From assembly GCA_028709215.1 (NCBI GenBank), contig JAQVXI010000001.1:60537-124536 (forward strand): a DNA stretch of 64,000 nucleotides, in the 5' to 3' direction. Each line of letters starts with the position of its first letter. Position 1 is the stretch's first letter. Of this stretch, positions 49,494 to 58,400 are shown piece after piece. Source of the DNA: Bacteroidales bacterium (GTDB lineage Bacteria > Bacteroidota > Bacteroidia > Bacteroidales > UBA1402). The position numbers and the translations under genes are program-made. The notes under the pieces were generated by a model. That model had not been told where the DNA came from and made no database searches. It worked only from the letters and a program-made list of their open reading frames with translations.

Positions 49494-51242
49494 TTAAGGT
49501 TTATAAAATTTGGATGTTTGTTCTCCTTTAATGGTACGGGTTCGCAATAGGTAAAAGCCGGTAGGAAGGCGGTCAATGCGCAAGTGTTCCGGATCAGAAG
49601 CCTGCAAAAGCCTTTTTCCCGTTAGGTCGTACACTTCTGCCTGAGTGGGTCTTGTGTTTTGTGTTATGGTAGTCAACTGCGTTAGGGAGTCGTTTGATGA
49701 AGTCGGTGTTTCGATGGTTGCTGTGTTGCCTAGAAAGGTGACCATTAAATGATTGTTGAGGCTGTCCCGGGTGTAAAACGGTGTTTTTATGCCGTTCTCT
49801 TCAAAATACAGACGCATTTCGTAGCTGCCATCTGCAAGGCCTTTGTTTAATGAGATCGTTTTTGAATAGCGTTGATAGCCGTATCCCGGCAATAGACTAC
49901 CTACGGATTGTGCAAAGAGGGAAGTAACGAGCAGATTATCCTTAAATAGTCCCAAACCCAACGAACCGCCAAAGGTATGCAGACCGTAATTAAGAAATCC
50001 ATACTGAACCGTTATGTATCCTTCTTTTCGGAGGTTGCTGATGTAATTGGTATCACTGCGAATCCCCTCATTATACATCCCGATGTAGTATTCCGGGTGC
50101 ACGGGGCTGTTGTCCGGTTGTTGAATGCCAATAAGGGCCGTGTGGTTGTAGTAATAGCCGCCATCGCCTCCACCCACTCCGGTTGCTGTTGGATCCAAGG
50201 CATTCATTTGGTAATATCCATTGGCGTAACCACCCCAACCCCAATTGATGTGAAGGAATCCGTTTGAATCGAACCCGTCCATAACAAAAGCATGTCCAAC
50301 GCCTGAATCCGCAATTCCCGAATAGAGAATTGGACGTTTGTTTCTTAATTCCTGCAGGATGCGTTCGGTCCAATCGTCGGAATCAAAATGCATCCGGTGT
50401 ATTAGATGTAGAGCATCGTCGTAGTTGAAGTGATTCAATAGTCCCAAACCGGCGTTGCGTACCGATGCCCCGCTTCCGCCTTGCGATGCGATGCCGTAGT
50501 TCATTTCGGCAGCGACGCCACAATGGTACATCAATTTGGCCACTGCAGCCTGTTGGATTGCGGTTTGAGTACCGTTGTAATGGTTCTGCATGTTTGCCCA
50601 ATCGTAAAAAGTTCCGTCAAAGATTTCCGATATCGTTGTATCGGTTTCGGTAATGGTTAGGGAATACGATTTTTGACCGACGCCCTCGGGAGGCCATTCG
50701 TAATACTTCATGATTTGTGCCATAGCGGTGGCGACACAGCCGGTTGCACAACGTTCCTGATACGTGCTGCTGATCGGGCAATCGTTGTTGTAGGGTGCAA
50801 GCTGGTTCCATTGAATGGCTTCCATGACCGGAAGAATTGAATCGCTTGCATTCCAAGTGAAGGCCTCGGACGCGTGGTCACCGGCTCGGTAACCGAGTAG
50901 CCAGTGGCTGAGATTTTCCGGCAGTGCTTCCTCCGGAATACGACCGTTTGTGCTATATCCAAGAATTTCAGGAAGGGCGTCATCCGAACGAACCAATACA
51001 AAGCCGTCTGAGTCACCGAAATTGTACGCATAACAAACCTCAACGGCATCGATGGTGTCGTTCGTTCGGGTGATGAGTTTGGGGAAGGTCTGCTTTAATG
51101 CGCTTGCACTCCTGCGTGCATCCGGACGCAATTGTGAATAAAAGCGCTGTGCAATCGCTTGAGCGATATCTGAAGACCTGTTGGCAGGTTGGGCCGCAGT
51201 GGGGATCAGAGCCAGAAGAAAGAGGATGTGTTTTATCTTCAT
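49494..51242 (-). CDS. C10-family (streptopain-like) cysteine protease with N-terminal Spi-like prodomain and T9SS C-terminal sorting domain
   Basis: 582-aa ORF with a signal peptide. Prodomain pattern YAYNFGDSDGFVLVRSDDALPEILGYS. Catalytic Cys motif GCVATAMAQIMKYY and catalytic His motif VGHAFVMDGF. The last ~70 aa (AEVYDLTGKRLL...LPTGFYLLRTRT...) look like a Por/T9SS CTD. Confidence 0.85.
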   Translation of the reverse strand: MKIKHILFLLALIPTAAQPANRSSDIAQAIAQRFYSQLRPDARRSASALKQTFPKLITRTNDTIDAVEVCYAYNFGDSDGFVLVRSDDALPEILGYSTNGRIPEEALPENLSHWLLGYRAGDHASEAFTWNASDSILPVMEAIQWNQLAPYNNDCPISSTYQERCATGCVATAMAQIMKYYEWPPEGVGQKSYSLTITETDTTISEIFDGTFYDWANMQNHYNGTQTAIQQAAVAKLMYHCGVAAEMNYGIASQGGSGASVRNAGLGLLNHFNYDDALHLIHRMHFDSDDWTERILQELRNKRPILYSGIADSGVGHAFVMDGFDSNGFLHINWGWGGYANGYYQMNALDPTATGVGGGDGGYYYNHTALIGIQQPDNSPVHPEYYIGMYNEGIRSDTNYISNLRKEGYITVQYGFLNYGLHTFGGSLGLGLFKDNLLVTSLFAQSVGSLLPGYGYQRYSKTISLNKGLADGSYEMRLYFEENGIKTPFYTRDSLNNHLMVTFLGNTATIETPTSSNDSLTQLTTITQNTRPTQAEVYDLTGKRLLQASDPEHLRIDRLPTGFYLLRTRTIKGEQTSKFYKP

Positions 51243-51316
51243 TTGTAATGGTATTCTCTTGTGTAGAACAATTGAAAACTATGCTTCGTTCATCAGGTAA
51301 TCCCGAAAAAAAAACC

Positions 51317-51324
51317 TACCTTTG
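51317..51324 (+). promoter_or_regulatory. -7 promoter motif TACCTTTG upstream of hpt
   Basis: Exact TAnnTTTG match ending 38 nt before ATG 51363. Confidence 0.45.
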
Positions 51325-51362
51325 CGCACTCATTTCAGTAGGAACAAAAAAAGAGTACGGAT

Positions 51363-51905
51363 ATGGAAAGCGTCCGGGTCAAAGATAAGGATTTTGGCAT
51401 CTTATTGTCAAAAGAAAGAATTAAAGAAGCCGTCAATCGTGTGGCAGCAAGCATTAATCAGGAATTGAAGGATGAGAATCCAATGTTCCTGGCCGTATTG
51501 AACGGTTCGTTCATGTTTGCAGCCGACTTGATGAAGGCCATCACCATTCCCTGTGAAATCAGTTTTGTGAAATTGGCTTCCTATGAAGGAATGCAGAGTG
51601 GTGGTAAAGTAAAAGAGGTTTTTGGTTTGTCGGAACGCATTGACGGACGAACGGTGATTATTTTGGAAGATATCGTCGACTCAGGACGTACCATGCAGCA
51701 GTTGCTGGATTCGTTGTCTTCACGCAATCCCAAAGAAATTCGTATCGCTACCTTTTTGTTTAAGCCGGAGGCGTTGATTTGCCCCATTAAGCTGGATTAC
51801 GTTGCGTTTGAGATTCCGAATGATTTTGTCGTAGGTTACGGTTTGGATTACGATGGTTACGGACGCAATCTGGATGCCGTGTATTCGTTGATCGAATCGA
51901 ATTAA
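51363..51905 (+). CDS. hpt: Hypoxanthine phosphoribosyltransferase
   Basis: 180-aa ORF. PRPP-binding motif VIILEDIVDSGRT. Confidence 0.9.
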   Translation: MESVRVKDKDFGILLSKERIKEAVNRVAASINQELKDENPMFLAVLNGSFMFAADLMKAITIPCEISFVKLASYEGMQSGGKVKEVFGLSERIDGRTVIILEDIVDSGRTMQQLLDSLSSRNPKEIRIATFLFKPEALICPIKLDYVAFEIPNDFVVGYGLDYDGYGRNLDAVYSLIESN

Positions 51906-51930
51906 TTTCAATAGGTAAAAGGTATAGGTA

Positions 51931-52503
51931 ATGTCGTTAAATGTAGTAATTTTCGGTGCTCCCGGATCCGGTAAAGGAACGCAGAGCATCATGATTGCCG
52001 AAAAATTCGGCTTAAAACACTTGTCAACAGGTGATTTGCTTCGTGCGGAACAAGAAAAAGGAAGTGAACTGGGTCAGAAAATAGCCGGTTTTACCAGTCA
52101 GGGTAATTTGGTTCCCGATGCGTTGATCATCGATATGTTGGCCAATGTATTGGATGAACAACCGGCGGATACGGGCTTTATTTTTGATGGATTTCCTCGT
52201 ACGGTCGCTCAGGCACAAGCATTGAAAGAAATGTTGGCCAAACGCAACAAAGGTGTTTCCATTATGCTGGATTTGATGGTAGACGAAAAAGAATTGGTGG
52301 AGCGTTTGCTCAATCGTGGCTTGACTTCCGGTAGAGCCGATGATAACGAAGAAACCATTCAACGTCGCATACAGGTCTATCACAGCAAAACAGCACCGGT
52401 TAAAGATTTTTACAAACAGGAAGGATTGTCTACGGACATCGCTGGTTCGGGAGCCATTGACGAGATCTTTGCGCGCATTTGCGCTGCCATCGAGACCGTT
52501 TAA
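51931..52503 (+). CDS. adk: Adenylate kinase
   Basis: 190-aa ORF. P-loop [10 protein letters not shown]. Short LID region (no zinc-finger cysteines). Confidence 0.92.
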   Translation: MSLNVVIFGAPGSGKGTQSIMIAEKFGLKHLSTGDLLRAEQEKGSELGQKIAGFTSQGNLVPDALIIDMLANVLDEQPADTGFIFDGFPRTVAQAQALKEMLAKRNKGVSIMLDLMVDEKELVERLLNRGLTSGRADDNEETIQRRIQVYHSKTAPVKDFYKQEGLSTDIAGSGAIDEIFARICAAIETV

Positions 52504-52541
52504 TCGCAAACAATCAACGTCTTCCACAAATACCAAACTAC

Positions 52542-53708
52542 ATGGCAGAAAGTAATTTTGTCGATTATGTCAAGATTTATTGCCGGTCGGGTAATGGAGG
52601 ACGAGGTTCCACACATTACCACCGGGAAAAATATATTCCCAAAGGCGGCCCGGATGGAGGCGACGGAGGTCACGGCGGACACGTTATTTTACGTGCCGAT
52701 CCCAACTATTGGACACTGATTCACCTTCGGTATGCACGTCACGTGTTTGCGGAACATGGTGAAAGTGGGAGTGGCGCACGCAAAACCGGAAGATCCGGTT
52801 CGGATGTCTATATTGATGTGCCTGTAGGAACGGTGGTTTACGATGCAGAAACCGGTGAGTTTTTGTGTGATGTTAGTGAACCCGGTCAAGAGGTGATCTT
52901 GTTGAAAGGTGGTAGAGGCGGTCTTGGGAATTGGAACTTCCGTACGGCAACCAATCAAACACCCCGTTTTTCACAACCGGGTGAACCGCTCGAGGAGCGT
53001 ACCATCATCATGGAGTTGAAACTTCTGGCCGATGTAGGTTTGGTTGGTTTTCCCAATGCAGGCAAATCGACGCTGTTGTCGGTTGTCTCTGCGGCAAAAC
53101 CCAAAATCGCCGATTATGCCTTTACAACACTCGAACCCAATTTGGGTATTGTCTCGTATCGTGACGGGCGTTCGTTTGTAATGGCAGACATTCCCGGCAT
53201 CATTGAGGGTGCTTCTCAGGGTAAAGGTCTGGGTTTGCGTTTTCTGCGTCATATTGAACGCAATGCGGTGTTATTATTTATGGTGCCGGCCGATAGTGAC
53301 GATATTCACAACGAATACAAGGTGCTGCTCCATGAATTGGCTGAATACAATCCGGAGCTGCTGGATAAACAGCGTATTCTCGCGATCAGCAAATCCGATA
53401 TGCTGGATGAGGAGTTGATGGCAGAGATTCGACTCGATTTGCCGGAGATTCCGGTTGTGTTCATCTCTTCGGTGGTCGGTACGGGTTTGACGGAATTAAA
53501 GGATCGATTGTGGGAGGTATTGAACGATGCTTCCAACCAACCGACAGCCATCACACATCGGGATATGATTATCCCGGTTCGCACGATTCCGGAAGATGAA
53601 TTGAACGATGATGAGGACTTGATGCCCAAAACGGAGGAATACATGGATGAGGAAGAGGTTGTGGATCCGTTTGATTACGAAGGAGACTTGGAAGATTTTC
53701 AAGAATAG
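52542..53708 (+). CDS. obg: GTPase Obg/CgtA
   Basis: The ORF-track ORF starts at 52479, overlapping adk. I prefer ATG 52542 ([13 protein letters not shown]...). Glycine-rich Obg fold ([14 protein letters not shown]), G1 [10 protein letters not shown]3 ADIPGII, and an acidic C-terminal tail. Confidence 0.9.
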   Translation: MAESNFVDYVKIYCRSGNGGRGSTHYHREKYIPKGGPDGGDGGHGGHVILRADPNYWTLIHLRYARHVFAEHGESGSGARKTGRSGSDVYIDVPVGTVVYDAETGEFLCDVSEPGQEVILLKGGRGGLGNWNFRTATNQTPRFSQPGEPLEERTIIMELKLLADVGLVGFPNAGKSTLLSVVSAAKPKIADYAFTTLEPNLGIVSYRDGRSFVMADIPGIIEGASQGKGLGLRFLRHIERNAVLLFMVPADSDDIHNEYKVLLHELAEYNPELLDKQRILAISKSDMLDEELMAEIRLDLPEIPVVFISSVVGTGLTELKDRLWEVLNDASNQPTAITHRDMIIPVRTIPEDELNDDEDLMPKTEEYMDEEEVVDPFDYEGDLEDFQE

Positions 53709-53744
53709 TCTAAATTACATATAGGACGTTTGGCGTCCAATGGG

Positions 53745-53783
53745 TGGATTTGCTTCTTTTTAGGGAGTAAATCCATTTTTTTT
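53745..53783 (+). terminator. Intrinsic terminator after obg
   Basis: TGGATTT...AAATCCA stem (53745-53751 / 53769-53775) with extra inner pairs (CTTC/GGAG), followed by TTTTTTTT. Confidence 0.7.
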
Positions 53784-53787
53784 ATAA

Positions 53788-53795
53788 TAACTTTG
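53788..53795 (+). promoter_or_regulatory. -7 promoter motif TAACTTTG upstream of the MACPF gene
   Basis: Exact TAnnTTTG match immediately after the obg terminator and 93 nt before ATG 53889. Confidence 0.4.
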
Positions 53796-53888
53796 TGGTA
53801 TCGAAAAATCAGATTTCAATAGATGTCAGTGAGGAACGATCGTTGAATAAATGTGAGTAATGTAAAAACATGAATTCTAATTAGTAAA

Positions 53889-55340
53889 TTGATGAGAAAG
53901 ATTTTAATGATTTTCTTTTGTGTCCCATTTATGTTTTCATGTGTTGAGGTCGATTTGTTGGATTCATCTGAGCTAAATCCCGCTATTGAAGCTGTGGATA
54001 CAGTAACAACTGTTCATTCGAGTTCAGATGGAGCAGGTTTTTATAGTTTTCTTGGATTCGGGTATGATGCAACAAAAACTTATTTTAATGGATCAAAAAA
54101 CACGAGGCGAATGGTTGTTGATGTGAATCGTATTGCATGCTCAAATCCATGTCGAATTACAATCAATAAATCTCAAGGTCAATTTTCAAATTATGAAGTT
54201 GGGACAACGTGTACTGATCTGCTTAAATCATTATCTTCTGATTTTGATGTTCATGTAAATTATAGAGATGCTTCGTATGGATGTAAGTTCGAAGGTGAGA
54301 TAGAATCTTCATATGGTTCTTCAAAACTTATCTCTACCAGGAATTCTTATGCTTTTTATGAAAGGCTTTTTTTAAAGAAGTCGATTACACTGAATTATAC
54401 TGTAGACTCATTAGTAAACTATCTGACGACGAACTTTAAAGAGGATATTGCCGTTTTGACTGGTGATCAAATAGTATCATTATATGGTACACATGTGCTA
54501 ACTAGTATTAAGATAGGAGGGAAAGTTAAGATTAATTACAAGTCTACTGTCTTATCATCAAATAAGACTGAGACTGTAACAGCGGGTCTTTCAGCAAGTA
54601 TTGCGAAAGTGATATCAGGTATTTCAGCGAATATTATTAGCTCTTCATCACTAGCAGAAAATAATTCAAAAGAGTATTTGCATTTTAAATTAATCGGAGG
54701 AGATAGTCTGTTGCATGTTGAGGAGGCATATGATATGTCTAAGATTTCTAATCCTATGATTAATCTATCTTCTTGGATATCAACTATTGATGAGAATCCA
54801 GTATTGATTGGATCTGGGGAAATTTTAATTCCAATTTATGAATTCATAACTGATCCACAAAAAAAAATAGAAGTAAGAAATTCGTTCAATTCTTATTTCG
54901 AAACTAGTAGAATTTATGATGTAGATCCTCTTTACCATTATCACAAAACGAATGGTCATCATTTTTTTACAACTGATTGGACAGAGCTAGGCAATGGTAT
55001 GTCGGGTTGGAATTACGAAGGTGTTTCCTGTTTTGTGTTGCCTGTTGAATCTACATTTGGCACTTCTGGCATTCCTTTATATAGATATTATAAGCCTAAT
55101 ACAGGAGATCATTATTTGACAACCAATTGGGGTGAATTAGGAAATGGGGCCTCTGGGTATCGATTTGAAAAAGTACAATGCAATGTATTGCCTAATCAAT
55201 TGCAAGGATCAGTTCCTTTATATAGATATTGGTCAAATAATAAACACGATCATTTTTATACCCTTTCGAAAAGAGATTATAACGATTATGCTTATGAGTG
55301 TATTGTAGGCTATGTTTTTGATCCTTCTGGAGTGAACTAG
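53889..55340 (+). CDS. Lipoprotein with MACPF (membrane attack complex/perforin) domain and three C-terminal DUF5648-like repeats; candidate BSAP-type pore-forming toxin
   Basis: 483-aa ORF. Lipobox FMFSC (Cys18). LGFGYD entry motif. YGTHVLTSIKIGG (aa 199-211) fits the MACPF signature (Y/W)G(T/S)H(F/Y)x6GG except for Val at the F/Y position. Amphipathic TVTAGLSASIAKVISGISANIISSSS follows. Three ~40-aa repeats occupy aa 346-479. G+C is clearly lower than in the flanks. Confidence 0.8.
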   Translation: MMRKILMIFFCVPFMFSCVEVDLLDSSELNPAIEAVDTVTTVHSSSDGAGFYSFLGFGYDATKTYFNGSKNTRRMVVDVNRIACSNPCRITINKSQGQFSNYEVGTTCTDLLKSLSSDFDVHVNYRDASYGCKFEGEIESSYGSSKLISTRNSYAFYERLFLKKSITLNYTVDSLVNYLTTNFKEDIAVLTGDQIVSLYGTHVLTSIKIGGKVKINYKSTVLSSNKTETVTAGLSASIAKVISGISANIISSSSLAENNSKEYLHFKLIGGDSLLHVEEAYDMSKISNPMINLSSWISTIDENPVLIGSGEILIPIYEFITDPQKKIEVRNSFNSYFETSRIYDVDPLYHYHKTNGHHFFTTDWTELGNGMSGWNYEGVSCFVLPVESTFGTSGIPLYRYYKPNTGDHYLTTNWGELGNGASGYRFEKVQCNVLPNQLQGSVPLYRYWSNNKHDHFYTLSKRDYNDYAYECIVGYVFDPSGVN

Positions 55341-55365
55341 GTAGACTCGAATAATAATATGAATT

Positions 55366-55397
55366 GGGGGTTCAATCGTTCTACGAATTGAACCCCC
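55366..55397. terminator. 11-bp hairpin shared by the convergent MACPF gene and carB
   Basis: GGGGGTTCAAT-(10-nt loop)-ATTGAACCCCC followed by GTTTGTTTT on the plus strand. It lies 8 nt from the carB stop. Confidence 0.7.
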
Positions 55398-55404
55398 GTT
55401 TGTT

Positions 55405-58400
55405 TTAGAATTCCTGCCAGCTTCTGATCTGAATATCTTCCAGGCTCATGTTGCAGAATGCCTCAATAAAAGCACTGGCTAGGCGTGAGTTGGTAATCAA
55501 TGGGATGTTGTAGTCGATGGCTGCACGGCGTATTTTGTACCCGTTGGTCAATTCCCGTTTGGACATATTCTTAGGAATGTTTACGATGAGATCAAATGCG
55601 TGATTGGCAATCAAATCCAGGATGTTGTTTTCATCCTCGTTTTCATCCGGCCAGCTGACCTTTTTGGCTTGAACGCCATTTTCTTCCAGGAATTTGCAGG
55701 TACCACCGGTTGCATATACGGTATATCCCTTATCCTGCAAAAGGCGGGCGCTGTCCAATAAGTCCACTTTTGATTTGACGGGTCCCGAAGAAAGCATGAT
55801 GCCTTTTTCTTTGGAGGGAATGTCAAATCCGGTTGAAATCATGGCCGAAAGAAGGGCTTCGTTAAAATCGCTTCCGATGCAACCCACTTCACCGGTCGAT
55901 GACATGTCTACACCCAATACCGGATCTGCCTTGTGAAGGCGGGAAAATGAAAATTGTGAGGCTTTTACACCGATGCGTTCCAAATCGTCAATGGAATTGT
56001 CCGGTTTTTCAAACGGTGCGTCCAGCATGATGCGGGTTGCGGTATCGATGAAGTTTTGTTTGAGCACCTTGGATACAAACGGGAAACTTCTGGATGCCCG
56101 TAGGTTGCATTCAATAACTTTGACTTCGTTGTTTCGTGCCAAAAATTGAATGTTGAACGGTCCGCTGATGTTGAGTTCTTTTGCGATTTTGTAACTGATC
56201 TTTTTGATGCGTCTTGCCGTCTCAAAATAGATCTTCTGTACGGGAAAGACCAACGTTGCGTCACCGGAGTGCACCCCGGCAAATTCGATGTGTTCCGAAA
56301 GTGCGTATTGAACCACTTCACCGTTTTGAGCCACCGCATCAAACTCGATTTCCTTGGCGTTTTGCAAAAAGCGGGATACAACTACCGGATATTCCTTGGA
56401 AACTTTGCTGGCTTTTTCCAAGAATTCTTTCAATTCTTCGTCGTTGTAACAGACATTCATTGCTGCACCGGAGAGTACGTAAGAAGGACGAACCAGAACG
56501 GGGAAACCGACTTGTTCAATGAAACGGTCGATGTCCTCCAAGCTGCTTAATTCCTTCCACTCCGGTTGGTCTATGCCCAGTTGATCCAACATGCTTGAGA
56601 ATTTATGTCGGTTCTCTGCACGGTCAATGGAAATGGGAGAGGTTCCCAAAATGGGTATGCTTTGACGATGCAATTTCATGGCCAAATTGTTGGGGATTTG
56701 TCCGCCCACGGATACAATTACGCCTCTGGCTTGTTCCAGGTCTTCAACATCCAACACGCGTTCAAAGGTGAGCTCATCAAAGTACAAGCGGTCACACATG
56801 TCGTAGTCTGTTGACACGGTTTCCGGATTGTAATTGATCATGATGGATTTGTACCCCAGCTTGCGAGCCGTTTGAATGGCATTTACGCTGCACCAGTCGA
56901 ATTCGACGGAACTTCCGATGCGGTAGGCTCCCGATCCGAGAACGATTACGGATTTTTCGTTTTTGTAATAGGGTACATCGTGTTCGCTGCCGTCGTAGGT
57001 CATGTACAGGTAATTGGTCAGTTCCGGATGTTCCGAAGCAACGGTATGGATGCGTTTGACGCTGGGAAGAACCTGAAGACGTTTGCGTTTACTGCGTACG
57101 CGCAACAATTCTTTTTCCATGTTGGTTTTTGGATCTTCAACCAAACGTGCAATCTGAAAATCGGAAAAGCCCAATCTTTTTGCTTCCCAAAGCGTATCCG
57201 AATCCAGATCTTCAATGCTTGAAAAACCTTTTAGTTGGAGCGAGAAGTCATAGATGTTTTTGAGTTTGCCCAGGAACCACGGGTCGATTTTGGTCAAATC
57301 ATGAATGCGTTCGATCGTATATTCTTGTTCAAACGCTTTGGCGATGGCATACATACGCAGGTCGGTCGGTTTGGAGAGTTCCTGATCCAGGTTCTCAAAA
57401 ACGAGTCCGTCGTTGGCTACAAAACCGTGCATGCCCTGACCGATCATGCGTAAACCCTTTTGAATGATTTCTTCAAACGTTTTACCGATCGACATGATTT
57501 CTCCCACCGATTTCATGGAAGAGCCAATTTCACGCGATACACCAAAGAATTTGGTTAAATCCCAACGGGGGATTTTACAAATCATGTAATCCAATTGGGG
57601 TGCCTTGTAAGCTGAATTGGTGGTTCCCATCTCGCCAATTTCATCCAGTCCGTAACCCAAAGCCAATTTGGCTGCCACAAAGGCAAGGGGGTAACCGGTT
57701 GCTTTGGATGCCAATGCGGAGGAACGGCTTAATCGAGCATTGACTTCGATGACACGATAGTCGTCGGTTTCAGAGTTGAACGCAAACTGAATGTTACACT
57801 CTCCTACAATGCCCAAATGGCGTACACACGTGGTGGATACATTGACCAATAAGTCGATTTCGGTTTGATCGAGCGAACAGGTTGGTGCTACGACGATGGA
57901 TTCACCGGTGTGGATGCCTAGCGGGTCGAAGTTTTCCATGTTTGCCACCGTAAAGCAATGGTCATTTTTGTCGCGGATGACTTCAAACTCAATTTCCTTC
58001 CATCCTTTCAGCGATTCTTCAACCAGAACTTGAGGTGCGTAAGCAAATGAATTCTTGACTAAAACCAAAAATTCGTCCATGTTTTCTGCAATGCCGCTAC
58101 CCATTCCGCCCAAGACGTAAGCGGAGCGAACCATTACCGGGAATCCGATGGTTTCAGCTGCTTGAATGGCTTCTTTTAGGTTGTTGCAGGCCTGGCTTAC
58201 CGGGGTTTTAATGTCTTTTTCGGATAGTTTTTTAACAAACAGATCCCGGTCTTCTGTGTACATGATGGCCTCGACGGATGTGCCCAAAACACGTACGCCG
58301 TACTTTTCTAACGTACCCGCCTGGTATAGTTCTGTACCGCAGTTCAGTGCGGTTTGACCACCAAAAGCAAGAAAGATACCGTCCGGTTTTTCTTTTTTGA

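Noticed and set aside
52024-52536. 170-aa ORF antisense to adk
   Set aside because: Shadow ORF inside adk.
53709-55404. Mobile-element signatures around the MACPF insertion
   Set aside because: There is no integrase, transposase, tRNA target or convincing flanking direct or inverted repeats; only a 7-nt ATGAATT is shared between the flanks, which is not significant. I therefore do not call it a mobile element, only a compositionally atypical insertion.
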